Source: Clostridiales bacterium (lineage in GTDB: Bacteria; Bacillota; Clostridia; Christensenellales; CAG-138). From it: DNA of 64,000 bases. How positions within the stretch are numbered: the first letter of the stretch is position 1; the number at the start of each line of letters is the position of its first letter. Shown here one piece after another: positions 16,252 to 26,335 of the stretch. The notes below the pieces were generated by a model. That model was not told the DNA's origin. It saw only the letters and a program-made list of their open reading frames with translations, and searched no databases. The translations under genes were made by a program, and so were the position numbers. The stretch is from assembly GCA_004557245.1 (NCBI GenBank), contig SFEL01000011.1:6356-70355 (forward strand). The letters are read 5' to 3'.

Positions 16252-17760
16252 ATGAAAAAACAGCTAACCATATACTATACCAGCGATGTTCACGGGTACT
16301 TTTCGCCGATAGACTACGCCAGCGGAAACGAGATACCCTCCGGACTCGCCAACTGCATAAGCAATTTTGAGAAGGACGGCAACACGCTGATAATAGACGG
16401 CGGGGATACCCTGCAGGGCAGCCCGTTCACCTATTATCTTTACAATAAGCGTAAGGGCGATGGCTGTCTGCCCGCAGAGATAATGAATATTGGCGGGTAT
16501 GATTTCGTCACATTGGGCAACCACGACTTCAACTATGGTAAAGAAGAGCTGGAAAAGTATATCTCTGCGCTGGATGCGAGGTGCTTATGCGCCAATATAG
16601 CCGGCATAAGGGGCGTTGAAAAGACCGCCATAGTCACACTGCAAAACGGGCTGAGGGTAGGCCTGACGGGCGTTACCACCCATTATGTGAAGCTATGGGA
16701 GAAGCCGGAAAACCTGGCCGGAATAGCTGTAACCGACGCATTTACGGCGGCAAAAGAGGCTTATGACCAACTGAAGGCGGCGAAGGCGGACATTACCGTA
16801 TGCATATACCACGGCGGTTTTGAGCGCGACGTTAAGACGGGAAAGGTGCTGTCGGATACCGATGAGAATCAGGGCTGGCGCATTTGCGAGGAATTGGGCT
16901 TTGATATACTCCTTGCCGGGCACCAGCACACGGCGGCAGAAAGTGTAAGGATAAACGGCACATATACCTGCCAGCCCCCGGATAAGGCGCGGCAGTATAT
17001 CAAGATGGATGTGACTGTGGACGGCGAGGTTACGGCGGAACAGCATCTCATGGACGCGGGAAACGTCACCCAGACCAAGGCCAAGGCGCTGCTTATTCCC
17101 GCAGAAAAACAGGCCGCGGCGTGGTTTGATACGCCTGTGGGGCATCTGGATACGCCGCTGCTGCCCTCCCGTCATATAGAAATGGCGGCAAACGGCTCCC
17201 TTATAGCCAATTTTTTCAATCAGGTGCAGCTTGAGGCCTCTGGCGCGGACATATCCGCCACCAGCCTGGGCAACAGCGTGAAGGGCCTGGGTAAGGACGT
17301 CACAATAAGGGATATAGTATCCACATACGTATTTCCGAATACCCTTAAGACAGTGGAGGTATGCCGGGAGCAGCTAAAGAAAGCGCTGGAGCGCAGCGCG
17401 GAGTACTTTGCACTGGAAAACGGCGGGCTCGCAGTTAGCGAGTGCTTCCTGAAGCCTATAGAGCAGCACTTCAACTACGACTATATATCAGGCGTCGAAG
17501 TGACGGAGGATATCCGCAGGCCAATAGGCGACAGGGTGGTGTCAATAAAATACAGGGGCAAGGAACTGCCGGAAGGAAAGCGGCTTACCCTGTGCCTGAA
17601 TAACTACAGAGCTACCGGCGCAGGCGGGTATGACGTGTACAGGGAATGCCCTCTGATACGAGAGCAGTCTACGGAGATAGCGGAGCTTATAATCGCCTAT
17701 GTGGACAGGTATCGCGATATAACGGTTGATAAGACAAAATGGCTTAATGTAATATATTAA
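16252..17760 (+). CDS. bifunctional metallophosphatase / 5'-nucleotidase family protein
   Basis: ATG 16252. Motifs YTSDVHGY, GGDTLQGSP and GNHDFNYG. Confidence 0.8.
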   Translation: MKKQLTIYYTSDVHGYFSPIDYASGNEIPSGLANCISNFEKDGNTLIIDGGDTLQGSPFTYYLYNKRKGDGCLPAEIMNIGGYDFVTLGNHDFNYGKEELEKYISALDARCLCANIAGIRGVEKTAIVTLQNGLRVGLTGVTTHYVKLWEKPENLAGIAVTDAFTAAKEAYDQLKAAKADITVCIYHGGFERDVKTGKVLSDTDENQGWRICEELGFDILLAGHQHTAAESVRINGTYTCQPPDKARQYIKMDVTVDGEVTAEQHLMDAGNVTQTKAKALLIPAEKQAAAWFDTPVGHLDTPLLPSRHIEMAANGSLIANFFNQVQLEASGADISATSLGNSVKGLGKDVTIRDIVSTYVFPNTLKTVEVCREQLKKALERSAEYFALENGGLAVSECFLKPIEQHFNYDYISGVEVTEDIRRPIGDRVVSIKYRGKELPEGKRLTLCLNNYRATGAGGYDVYRECPLIREQSTEIAELIIAYVDRYRDITVDKTKWLNVIY

Positions 17761-17776
17761 AGTATAAGGAGCAATC

Positions 17777-18751
17777 ATGAAAAACAACGTATTCAAGGTA
17801 GTACTTTTGCAGGCCCTGCCGGCCTCCGGCAAGTCCGAGGTGAGAAACTTCATGGCCCATGTGGAGCCCGGGAGGTTGCAGGAGGAATTCCATATCGGTG
17901 AAAACCTTCAGCTGGACGACTTTCCCTATGTCCATATGATGCGGCGCATAGACAACGAGCTGCAGGCCATGGGGCAGGAGCGGGTATTTTACCCCGGCGA
18001 AGAGCCCTTCAAGGACGGCCGTGATTGGGGCACTCTGTGTAACCTGCTCAATGAGGACTATCACGACCTTATGAACCGCAACGTTATAAAGACCGACTCC
18101 GCTGCAAAGCTGCTGTTCGACAGATTCGACCGGGCAGGTCTTGCCGCCGGCATAAAGCCCAGAATGGGTCTTCTCAGGGAAGAGATACGCGATAAATTGG
18201 CAAGCATACTGGAAAAAGAGGCCAGGACCATGCTGAACGAGAAGCATGCGGGGTATCCAGAGAGCTTCGAGAATAAAACAATCATAATAGAATGCGCCCG
18301 GGGCGGCCCGGACGGCGCTTCCATGCCCCTTACAGGCACCTTCGGCTATCAGTATTCTCTGCCCATGTTCTGTCCAGAGATACTGGAAAATGCCGTGATA
18401 CTCTATATCTGGGTCACGCCTGAGGAGTCCCGCCGCAAGAACGCGGACAGGGCGGATCCAAACGATCCCGGTTCCAACCTGCATCACGGAGTGCCAATGG
18501 CGGTAATGCTGGGGGACTATGGCTGTGACGATATGGAGTATCTCATAAAGAACACTGATGTGGAGAACACCGTCACCGTAAAGGCTCACGGAACTACCTA
18601 CCATGTGCCTATAGGAGTATTCGACAACAGGGTGGACAAGACCTCCTTCCTGCGCAGCGAGCCGGATAAGTGGGATAAGGATAAGGTGGCGGAGGTGACC
18701 AAGGCCATAAGGCAGGCCACCGACGCCATGTTCAGCCACTACAACCGTTGA
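17777..18751 (+). CDS. P-loop (Walker A-like LPASGKSE) protein of unknown function
   Basis: 324-aa ORF starting 17 nt after the nucleotidase gene. No confident family assignment. Confidence 0.5.
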   Translation: MKNNVFKVVLLQALPASGKSEVRNFMAHVEPGRLQEEFHIGENLQLDDFPYVHMMRRIDNELQAMGQERVFYPGEEPFKDGRDWGTLCNLLNEDYHDLMNRNVIKTDSAAKLLFDRFDRAGLAAGIKPRMGLLREEIRDKLASILEKEARTMLNEKHAGYPESFENKTIIIECARGGPDGASMPLTGTFGYQYSLPMFCPEILENAVILYIWVTPEESRRKNADRADPNDPGSNLHHGVPMAVMLGDYGCDDMEYLIKNTDVENTVTVKAHGTTYHVPIGVFDNRVDKTSFLRSEPDKWDKDKVAEVTKAIRQATDAMFSHYNR

Positions 18752-18918
18752 TCCGGGAAACAATAAAAGGCAGATGCTTTTTTCCACAGGCTGAAGTATA
18801 GACTATGCCCATACGGCAGGGTCAGGCAAAAAATATTTTTATCATTGCACCGGCCTATATTGAATTGATTGTTGGACGGATATATACTTTAGGCATAATC
18901 AATAAGGAGGTTTTAACC

Positions 18919-19125
18919 ATGCCCCATATCGATATAACCATGTATCCTGGCCGCAGTGAGGAGCTCAAGGCTGAACTTGCGAAGAATGTACGCGATTGTG
19001 CCGCCGAGACTCTCAAAATGGACAAAAAATATTTTTCCGTATCCATTGAGGAAGTAGATAAGGACAAGTGGGAGGAGCACTTCAAGAAGTACGAGGGAAA
19101 CCTTTACGAAAAGCCCAATTATTGA
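18919..19125 (+). CDS. 4-oxalocrotonate tautomerase family protein
   Basis: ATG 18919 follows AAGGAGG. Starts MPHIDITMYPGRSEE (catalytic Pro1 type), 68 aa. Confidence 0.7.
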   Translation: MPHIDITMYPGRSEELKAELAKNVRDCAAETLKMDKKYFSVSIEEVDKDKWEEHFKKYEGNLYEKPNY

Positions 19126-19133
19126 TTCAAGGA

Positions 19134-19158
19134 AAGCCACCCTCAGGGGTGGCTTTTC
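19134..19158 (+). terminator. rho-independent terminator
   Basis: AAGCCACCC / GGGTGGCTT stem followed by TTTT. Confidence 0.7.
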
Positions 19159-19350
19159 AGAGTGTCAAAAAAGTGGCTGAACGCCACTTTTTTGAGTTTT
19201 ACGGGTTTTGCCTCTCGCATTCGCTCCCGGGCGGCAAAACCCGCAAAGAACGAAAACCTCTGGGTTTTCATCCGTTCTGACGCACATGTCGTCAGAGCCG
19301 GATTGAACATAAGGGGCTGCGGCCCCTTATCAACCCCGGGGTTTTTTGCC
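19158..19350. repeat. intergenic block of about six consecutive hairpins, containing members of repeat families seen elsewhere in the window
   Basis: CAGAGTGTCAAAAAAGTG head also occurs at 11012-11029. Segment 19291-19347 recurs inverted at 26165-26223. Includes the 12-nt palindrome AACCCCGGGGTT. Confidence 0.6.
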
Positions 19351-19439
19351 TAAATTTTACACTTAACAAGGTATACAAAGTGAGGATAAAATGATATACA
19401 TGGAAGTTTTTGAAATACTCTGAAAAGGGGCGAAGGGCG

Positions 19440-19889
19440 ATGCAATTTGATCTTACCGACCGGAAAATCATATCAATATTGCAGAAAGACGGGCGCATAA
19501 CCATGAAGCATCTGGGTGAACTCATAAATATGAGCACGCCCTCTACTATAGACCGGGTGCGCAGGCTTGAGGAAGCCGGCGTCATAAAGGGCTATGCGGC
19601 TGTGGTGGATTATATCGCACTGGGCTACGATATGCATATTTATATATTTGTGGAGGTAAACCAGAACAAGCGTCCCGGATTGTTAGAGTATATAGCGAAG
19701 AACAAGCTTATCGCAGGGGCTCACGGCGTGGCGGGAAGCAAGGATATGGTGCTGGACGTGTACTGCCGCACCAGCGAATTTAATAAGCTTGTGGACGAGC
19801 TCCGTTCCTTTGGCGAGACGGAATCCAACATGATAATGGAATTCATAAAGGAAGAGCCGATAATCCCTGTGGACAGCCTTTCCAAATAA
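19440..19889 (+). CDS. Lrp/AsnC family transcriptional regulator
   Basis: MQFDLTDRKIISILQKDGRITMKHLGELINMSTPSTIDRVRRLEEAGVIKGY. The ATG at 19440 is preferred over the upstream TTG. Confidence 0.85.
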   Translation: MQFDLTDRKIISILQKDGRITMKHLGELINMSTPSTIDRVRRLEEAGVIKGYAAVVDYIALGYDMHIYIFVEVNQNKRPGLLEYIAKNKLIAGAHGVAGSKDMVLDVYCRTSEFNKLVDELRSFGETESNMIMEFIKEEPIIPVDSLSK

Positions 19890-19931
19890 TGAAACAAAGT
19901 CAAAATAAAAGCAGCTCCTTAAGTAAGTTTT

Positions 19932-19964
19932 TCAGCCCATCGACAAACCCGATGGGCTGATTTC
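19932..19964 (+). terminator. rho-independent terminator
   Basis: TCAGCCCATCG / CGATGGGCTGA stem followed by TTT. Confidence 0.65.
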
Positions 19965-20148
19965 GTATAAAAACCGTGGCGGCGAAAGCTGAAAATCGCC
20001 CAATGGGTCCGTGAAAAGGCGGAGCAGGAGACGGCTGCGCCATTTATTATGATGACAAGGGGAGTAATATAATGTAAAATATCAATATGAGAAGCTGCGT
20101 AACGGGGCTTTCCGAATGTAAATGCTGTATCCGGAGGAATCTGCATAA

Positions 20149-21063
20149 ATGAAACGAACGATAAAAATTCTGATATTTGCCCTTGGCCTTTTCCTCATAA
20201 TACTTCCTGCCTTTGCCGGGGCGGACTTTGGCGGCTTCAGTGGCGACAGTGATTACGGCGGAGGCTGGGATTCCGGCTCCGACTGGAGCTCGTCAAGCTG
20301 GGATTCGGATTACAGCTCCGGCAGCTACTATGACGACGACAGCGATGTCAGCGGTATCGATATCGGGATAAGCTTAGCCGTTATGGCGGCAATAGTGGTA
20401 TTAGGCCTGATATTTGACGTCTCAGAGAAGAGGAAGAAGAAAAAGCAGCAGAATAAGCCTCAGGGCGCGCAGCGCACGCCTGATTCCCGTCTGCAGCCCC
20501 TCGGCGACCTTGCCGTGACCGACCCGAGCTTTGACGCAAACGCCATGCAGGAAAAGATAAGCAATCTGTACGTGCAGATGCAGAACTGCTGGACGGACAA
20601 GAACATAGAATCACTCAGACCGTACTTTACGGACGCCTTCTTTACCCAGATGGAAAGGCAGCTCAACGGCCTCAAGAGCAGGGGACTCACCAACCATGTG
20701 GATCGCATAGCGGTGCTTGGCGTGAACCTCAGGGGTTTCTATAAACAGGGCGACAAGGAACACCTCATAGTGGAGCTTCGCACCCGAATAGTGGATTACA
20801 CAGTGCAGGATTCCAACAACAAGCTGATTTCCGGCGACAGGAACCGGGAGAAGTTTATGACGTACGAATGGGATATGTGCCGCACGGCCGGCTCTGTGAC
20901 CAGTAAGGAAGGCGTTATGCACAGCGTATCCTGTCCAGGCTGCGGTGCGCCACTCTCAATAAACACTACGGCCAAATGCCCTTATTGCGGCCGTGTAGTG
21001 ACGCTTGACGAGCACGACTGGGCGCTGTGCGCGATAAAGGGAATATCGCAGACAACGAGATAA
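20149..21063 (+). CDS. Tim44-like domain membrane protein with a C-terminal zinc ribbon
   Basis: Signal/TM segment, a G/S/D-rich linker, a second TM, a Tim44-like region (LRPYFTDAFFTQMERQL) and CPGCG...CPYCG. Confidence 0.6.
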   Translation: MKRTIKILIFALGLFLIILPAFAGADFGGFSGDSDYGGGWDSGSDWSSSSWDSDYSSGSYYDDDSDVSGIDIGISLAVMAAIVVLGLIFDVSEKRKKKKQQNKPQGAQRTPDSRLQPLGDLAVTDPSFDANAMQEKISNLYVQMQNCWTDKNIESLRPYFTDAFFTQMERQLNGLKSRGLTNHVDRIAVLGVNLRGFYKQGDKEHLIVELRTRIVDYTVQDSNNKLISGDRNREKFMTYEWDMCRTAGSVTSKEGVMHSVSCPGCGAPLSINTTAKCPYCGRVVTLDEHDWALCAIKGISQTTR

Positions 21064-21084
21064 GATAAAAAGCATAAAAACTAA

Positions 21085-21126
21085 GCGGCAGGATGGAGCC
21101 ATATCGTTTCATCCTGCCGCCTTTTT
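21085..21126. terminator. bidirectional terminator between convergent genes
   Basis: GCGGCAGGATG / CATCCTGCCGC stem flanked by A- and T-runs. Confidence 0.75.
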
Positions 21127-21150
21127 GTTTGTTATTGTTTGTTACCGCAA

Positions 21151-22371
21151 TTATCCCTGCATCATTTCCGTCAGCTTTTCCCTTATCAGGCTCATGAGCC
21201 TTTCGTTGTCGGGCATCTCCCTGAACTCGGTGGGATCGCAGAGTGCAGCCAGATCTTCGGAAAGATAACCTTCCTCGAATACCTCTATGCCGGCGCGGCC
21301 AAGTTTTTCGGCAAAGCTCACGAGTTCGGCATTGCCGTCCAGCTCGCCGCGCTTTTTCAGCGCGCCCGCCCATGCGGCAATGGTGGCCAGAGGATTGGTG
21401 GAGACCTTTTCGCCCTTGAGGTGCCTCCGGTAGTGGTCCACTACCGTGCCGTGGGCGGCCTCGTACTCGAAGCATCCGTCGGGGGAGACCAGCACGCTGG
21501 TCATCATGGGCAGAGAGCCGGACGCGGCGGCTATAAGGTCGCTCATCACATCGCCGTCATAGTTCTTGCAGGCCCATATGATGCCGCCTTCCGAGCGTAT
21601 TACCTTTGCCGCAACGTCGTCTATGAGGGCGTAGCGGTAGCGTAGGCCTGCCTGCTCGAAGGCCTCTCTGTATTCCTCGTCAAAAACCTTCTGGAAGAGC
21701 AGCTTGAAGGTCTGGTCATAGTCTTTGGATATGGTATCCTTGGTGGAAAACCATACGTCCTGCTTTACGTCAAGGGCATAGGAGAAGCAGCAGCGGGCGA
21801 AGGATAAAATAGAATCGTCCCTGTTGTGCATGGCCTGCAAAACACCGGGGCCTTTGAAGTCGAATATGGTCTGGCGGCTAAGCTCACGGCCGTTCTCATC
21901 TGTGAACAGCAGCTCGGCTTTGCCGGGGCACTCGACCCTGTACTCAACAGCCCTGTATATATCGCCGTAGGCGTGGCGGGCTATAGTGATGGGTCTTTTC
22001 CAGCAGGACACCACCGGCTTTACCTTTGAAATGAGTATGGGCGCGCGGAATACCGTGCCGTCCAGCGCAGCGCGTATGGTGGCGTTGGGAGAGCGCCAGA
22101 GCTTTGTCAGGTGATACTCCTGCTGGCGCTGTAAATTCGGGGTTATGGTGGCGCACTTTACGCCTACCTTTAGCCGCTTGATGGCCTCAGCCGCCTCCAC
22201 AGTCACCTGATCCTTAGTATTTTCCCGATTCTGTATTGAGAGGTCGTAATACTCGGTGTTCAGTTCCACGAAGGGCTTTATCAGCTCATCCTTTATCATG
22301 GCCCATATTATGCGGGTCATCTCGTCCCCGTCCAGTTCGGCTATGGGGTTTGGCATGCTTATCTTTTTCAT
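21151..22371 (-). CDS. icd: NADP-dependent isocitrate dehydrogenase (about 400-aa IDH1-like type)
   Basis: 406-aa ORF with ELDGDEMTRIIW and VKCATITP motifs. Confidence 0.85.
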   Translation of the reverse strand: MKKISMPNPIAELDGDEMTRIIWAMIKDELIKPFVELNTEYYDLSIQNRENTKDQVTVEAAEAIKRLKVGVKCATITPNLQRQQEYHLTKLWRSPNATIRAALDGTVFRAPILISKVKPVVSCWKRPITIARHAYGDIYRAVEYRVECPGKAELLFTDENGRELSRQTIFDFKGPGVLQAMHNRDDSILSFARCCFSYALDVKQDVWFSTKDTISKDYDQTFKLLFQKVFDEEYREAFEQAGLRYRYALIDDVAAKVIRSEGGIIWACKNYDGDVMSDLIAAASGSLPMMTSVLVSPDGCFEYEAAHGTVVDHYRRHLKGEKVSTNPLATIAAWAGALKKRGELDGNAELVSFAEKLGRAGIEVFEEGYLSEDLAALCDPTEFREMPDNERLMSLIREKLTEMMQG

Positions 22372-22375
22372 ATTT

Positions 22376-24607
22376 TCACTCCCTGTTCTGTGCGGCGTAG
22401 TGGTTCATGAGGCATCCGGTGAGCAGCAGCTCCCGCTCCTCCGCAGTGGTGTTTTTTAGGTAAAGGGTGATATCGCGTTTTTTTTCGCCGCCGACAAGCT
22501 TTGCGGCGAAGGCTTCATCTCCGTTTTCAACCTTTGATCGCACATCCGGTACATATATGAAATCCCCCACAGATACGCCTAAGCCGCTTTCAACGGTAAA
22601 GGGCAGTATTCCCCAATTGACGCAGTTGGAGCGATAGCGCTTGGTAGCGAACTCCAGGCAGATATTTGCGCAGCCCCCCAGCACACGCTGGCAGGATGCG
22701 GCCTGCTCGCGGGCGGAGCCGTCGCCGGGCTTGTTGGAGTAGATGGCGGAGCCTATCTGGATATCCGCAAGGTCATCTTGCTTCAGGCCGAGGGCGGCAA
22801 ACACGGGCTTCAATCCGTCGGGCAGTATGCCTTCTTCGCGCTGCTTTTCCAATTCCTGTACAGCCTTTGCCCTGCCCACATATCCGGGGTCGCGGCGGGA
22901 GAGTGCGAAGGTGGCGAGCTTCAGCGGGTTGGAACGGTAAGAGGACGTTTCACCCGATGGTATCAGCTCATCGGTGGTGGTCACGGGATCCAGCAGAACG
23001 CTTGCCACGTTCAGCAGAAGATCTTTGCCAAGCGCTGGTATATTGGGCCACTCGGTTATATTGGGGCCGAGCCTGAGGGGCTCGTCCTTCTTAGCCTTGC
23101 CAAAGCCGAAGTATACACGCCTGTCATAGACTGTGCGGTCAAAGCTGCGTTCATGCTGTACAGGCTGGTCATAGTCCACGTCCGCCGCAGAGGTGAGCAC
23201 GCCGCCGTTGGCAGCCGTAGCGGCTATGGACCGGGCGTCCATAAGTATGACGCCGGAAAGCTGGCCGTCAGCCGGCTTCGAGCCTTCCCGGTTAGGGAAG
23301 TTGCGGGTGGTGTGACGTATGGAGAGCGCATTGTTTGCGGGCACGTCTCCCGCGCCGAAGCAGGGGCCGCAGAAGCAGGGCTTGAACAGCGCGCCGGATT
23401 CGAGAAGCGACTGCTGTATGCCGGACTGTATCAGCTCGAGGTTTACCGGCACAGAGGGCGGGTATACCGACAGGGAGAAGTATCCGTTGCCGGTGCCGCG
23501 GTTTTTGAGTATGGCGGCAGCTTCCGCGATATTGTCGTACATGCCGCCGGCACAGCCTGCAATGATGCCCTGATCCACGGTCAGCCTGCCGTTCTTTACT
23601 TTATCGGTAAAGCTGAGCTTTGCCTTGCCGCCAAACTGTTTTTCGGTGCGGATTTCCACCTCGCGCAGTATGTCGCCGGGGTTTGCCATAAGCTCGCGCA
23701 GAGTTACGGCTTCAGACGGGTGGAAGGGCAGCGCAGCCATGGGTTCCACGGAGGAAAGGTCTATGGTTATCATGCCGTCGTAGCAAGCGCCCTCGTCGGG
23801 GGAAAGCCTTTTGTAATCATCGGGCCTGCCGTGTATTGTGAGATACTCCTTTACCGCCCCATCGGTCTCCCATATGGAAGACAGGCATGCCGTTTCGGTG
23901 GTCATCACGTCTATTCCTATTCGGTAATCCATGGGCAGGCTTGCCACTCCGGGGCCTGCGAATTCCAACACCCTGTTTTTTACAAAGCCGTTTTTATATA
24001 CTTCCTTGCAGAGGGCGATGGCCACGTCGTGAGGACCTACGCCCCGCTTTGGCGAACCGGTGAGCCATACGAGGATAACCTCCGGATCAGCTATATCATA
24101 GGTATTTTTGAGCAGCTGCTTTACTATTTCGGGGCCGCCCTCGCCTATGCCCATTGTGCCTATGGCGCCATAGCGTGTGTGGCTGTCCGAGCCCAGTATC
24201 ATTTTGCCGCAGCCAGACATCATCTCCCGGGCGTACTGGTGTATTACCGCCATATTGGCCGGAACAAAGCAGCCGCCGTATTTTACAGCGGCGGAAAGGC
24301 CGAATACGTGGTCGTCCTCGTTTATGGTGCCGCCCACGGCGCAGAGGCTGTTGTGGCAGTTGGTCATCACATAGGGCAGCGGAAACTCGGTAAGGCCGCT
24401 GGCCTTTGCGGTCTGTATTATGCCGACATAGGTTATGTCATGTGAAATGAGGCTGTCGAATTTTATATGGAGCTGGCCCTTCTCCCGGCGTATGCTGTGC
24501 GCTCTGAGTATCTTATAGGCCATGGTGCCCTCCCGGCCCGGGATCTTGTTCGCGGGAACGGGAACCCCGTTTTTTATCTCTACTGCTCCGCCGTGCAGCT
24601 CTATCAT
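22376..24607 (-). CDS. acn: aconitate hydratase
   Basis: ATG 24605-24607 follows AGGGGGAG. Motifs GSDSHT and CGPCFG. The 67-aa upstream extension in the ORF track is rejected. Confidence 0.85.
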   Translation of the reverse strand: MIELHGGAVEIKNGVPVPANKIPGREGTMAYKILRAHSIRREKGQLHIKFDSLISHDITYVGIIQTAKASGLTEFPLPYVMTNCHNSLCAVGGTINEDDHVFGLSAAVKYGGCFVPANMAVIHQYAREMMSGCGKMILGSDSHTRYGAIGTMGIGEGGPEIVKQLLKNTYDIADPEVILVWLTGSPKRGVGPHDVAIALCKEVYKNGFVKNRVLEFAGPGVASLPMDYRIGIDVMTTETACLSSIWETDGAVKEYLTIHGRPDDYKRLSPDEGACYDGMITIDLSSVEPMAALPFHPSEAVTLRELMANPGDILREVEIRTEKQFGGKAKLSFTDKVKNGRLTVDQGIIAGCAGGMYDNIAEAAAILKNRGTGNGYFSLSVYPPSVPVNLELIQSGIQQSLLESGALFKPCFCGPCFGAGDVPANNALSIRHTTRNFPNREGSKPADGQLSGVILMDARSIAATAANGGVLTSAADVDYDQPVQHERSFDRTVYDRRVYFGFGKAKKDEPLRLGPNITEWPNIPALGKDLLLNVASVLLDPVTTTDELIPSGETSSYRSNPLKLATFALSRRDPGYVGRAKAVQELEKQREEGILPDGLKPVFAALGLKQDDLADIQIGSAIYSNKPGDGSAREQAASCQRVLGGCANICLEFATKRYRSNCVNWGILPFTVESGLGVSVGDFIYVPDVRSKVENGDEAFAAKLVGGEKKRDITLYLKNTTAEERELLLTGCLMNHYAAQNRE

Positions 24608-24702
24608 GATAACTCCCCCTTCACAGCTTGGGTGTGTAAAATAAATTATCCAATAGTATAGCACAAATGAGCTGGCAAACACAGATGCTAAAAAAATAAA
24701 CG

Positions 24703-24731
24703 TTGCACCGGGGAGTATATGACAGTACAAT
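24703..24731 (+). promoter_or_regulatory. sigma-A type promoter for gltA
   Basis: TTGCAC, 17-nt spacer, TACAAT. Confidence 0.5.
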
Positions 24732-24770
24732 GATATGACATATAGAAGGATAAAGAAAAGGAGCTTAGCC

Positions 24771-26147
24771 ATGATTGAGGATACTACCGGCATGCTTGAG
24801 CAATACACCGGCTCTCTGACCGACAGTATACAGAAGGAATACCTAATCGATGAGAAGTTCTATCAGGGCGATGTAAAGAGGGGCCTGCGCAACAGCGACG
24901 GCACCGGCGTGCTGGTAGGCGTTACCAAGGTGGGCAGCGTGCAGGGGTATTTTATGCAGGACGGCCAGCGCATACCTGCCCCGGGCAAGCTGTATTACCG
25001 GGGAATAGAGCTTACCGAAATAGTGGAAGCCCACAGGAAGGCGGATACCTTCGGCTTTGAGGAGGTGGCGTACCTGCTGCTCATGGGCTATCTGCCCACA
25101 CGGAGCGAACTCGACCACTTTAACGATATAATGAACCGCGCCCGCAAGCTGCCGGACGGCTTTACAGAGGGCATGATAATGCGCCACCCCAGCCGCAATA
25201 TAATGAACGAGCTGGAGAGGAGCATTTTGTCCCTGTACTCCTACGATCCGGAGCCGGACAATATCGAAATAGACAACATACTGATGCAATCCGTGAGGCT
25301 CATTGGTTATTTCCCCTCAATCGTCGCCAATGCCTACGCGGTAAAACGGCACTATTTTGACGGAGATTCCCTGCACATCCATTTCCCGGTGGAGAACCTT
25401 TCCACGGCGGAAAACTTCCTCAGAATGATGCGGCCGGACAAGAGCTATACAGACGAGGAAGCAAAGCTACTGGATATGATGCTGATGGTACACGCGGAGC
25501 ACGGCGGCGGCAACAACTCCACATTTGTATGCCGAGCCCTGTCTTCAAGCGGCACAGATACCTACAGCGCCATAGCGGGAGCAGTGGGTTCGCTGAAGGG
25601 GCCTCTTCACGGCGGCGCAAACGCTAAGGTGATGGAGATGTTCCGCTACGTAAAGGAAAACGTAGACCCACATGACGATGGCTCCATAAAGGACTATCTC
25701 AATAAAATGCTGGACAGGGAGGCGGGCGACCGCTCCGGTAAGCTGTACGGACTTGGCCACGCGGTATATACCATGTCGGATCCCCGAGCCGTGCTGCTGA
25801 AGAAGTACGCCCGGCACATGGCCGAGATAAAGGGCTACGCCGAGGATTTCGACCTGCTGCAAAAGGTGGAGGAGCTGGGTATCCCACTCATACAGGAGCG
25901 CAGAAAGAGCGACGCGCCAATGTGCGCCAACGTCGACATGTATTCCGGCCTCGTATATACCATGCTGGGCATCCCGGAGGACGTATTCACGCCGTTGTTC
26001 GCCTCTGCACGCATAGCGGGCTGGTGCGCCAACCGAATAGAAGAAGTCGTCACCTGCCACCGCATAATGCGTCCCGCATACCGTGCAGTGACTATCCGCG
26101 ACAGGTACGTGCCAATGGAGGAAAGAGTTTCAAAACTGAATAAATGA
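24771..26147 (+). CDS. gltA: citrate synthase
   Basis: ATG 24771 follows AAGGAG. The HAEHGGGNNSTF motif is typical of citrate/2-methylcitrate synthases. Confidence 0.85.
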   Translation: MIEDTTGMLEQYTGSLTDSIQKEYLIDEKFYQGDVKRGLRNSDGTGVLVGVTKVGSVQGYFMQDGQRIPAPGKLYYRGIELTEIVEAHRKADTFGFEEVAYLLLMGYLPTRSELDHFNDIMNRARKLPDGFTEGMIMRHPSRNIMNELERSILSLYSYDPEPDNIEIDNILMQSVRLIGYFPSIVANAYAVKRHYFDGDSLHIHFPVENLSTAENFLRMMRPDKSYTDEEAKLLDMMLMVHAEHGGGNNSTFVCRALSSSGTDTYSAIAGAVGSLKGPLHGGANAKVMEMFRYVKENVDPHDDGSIKDYLNKMLDREAGDRSGKLYGLGHAVYTMSDPRAVLLKKYARHMAEIKGYAEDFDLLQKVEELGIPLIQERRKSDAPMCANVDMYSGLVYTMLGIPEDVFTPLFASARIAGWCANRIEEVVTCHRIMRPAYRAVTIRDRYVPMEERVSKLNK

Positions 26148-26162
26148 ATATTATACAGTCTG

Positions 26163-26260
26163 TCGAAAAATCCCGAGGCTGATAAGCGGCCGCAGCCACT
26201 TATATTCAATCCGGCTTTGACGGCACAAAACCACCGGTTCAACCGGTGATTTTGATTTTT
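26163..26260. repeat. intergenic repeat copy (inverted relative to 19291-19347) plus a terminator-like hairpin
   Basis: GATAAGCGGCCGCAGCCACTTATATTCAATCCGGCTTTGACG is the near reverse complement of 19291-19335. The CACCGG/CCGGTG hairpin with T-run resembles 50007-50039. Confidence 0.6.
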
Positions 26261-26335
26261 TGGCGGCGCGCTTCACTTGCTTATTGCCAACCCTGCCCGT
26301 ATATCTTACACTGTAATTGGCGCAGGGAGGATAAT

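Noticed and set aside
24608-24808. 67-aa hydrophobic N-terminal extension of the aconitase ORF.
   Set aside because: It overlaps the gltA promoter and start region. An AGGGGGAG RBS precedes the internal ATG at 24607.
21151-26147. The icd-acn / gltA cluster as something unusual.
   Set aside because: This is the standard oxidative TCA branch for 2-oxoglutarate and glutamate synthesis in anaerobes. It has ordinary motifs and an ordinary divergent promoter.
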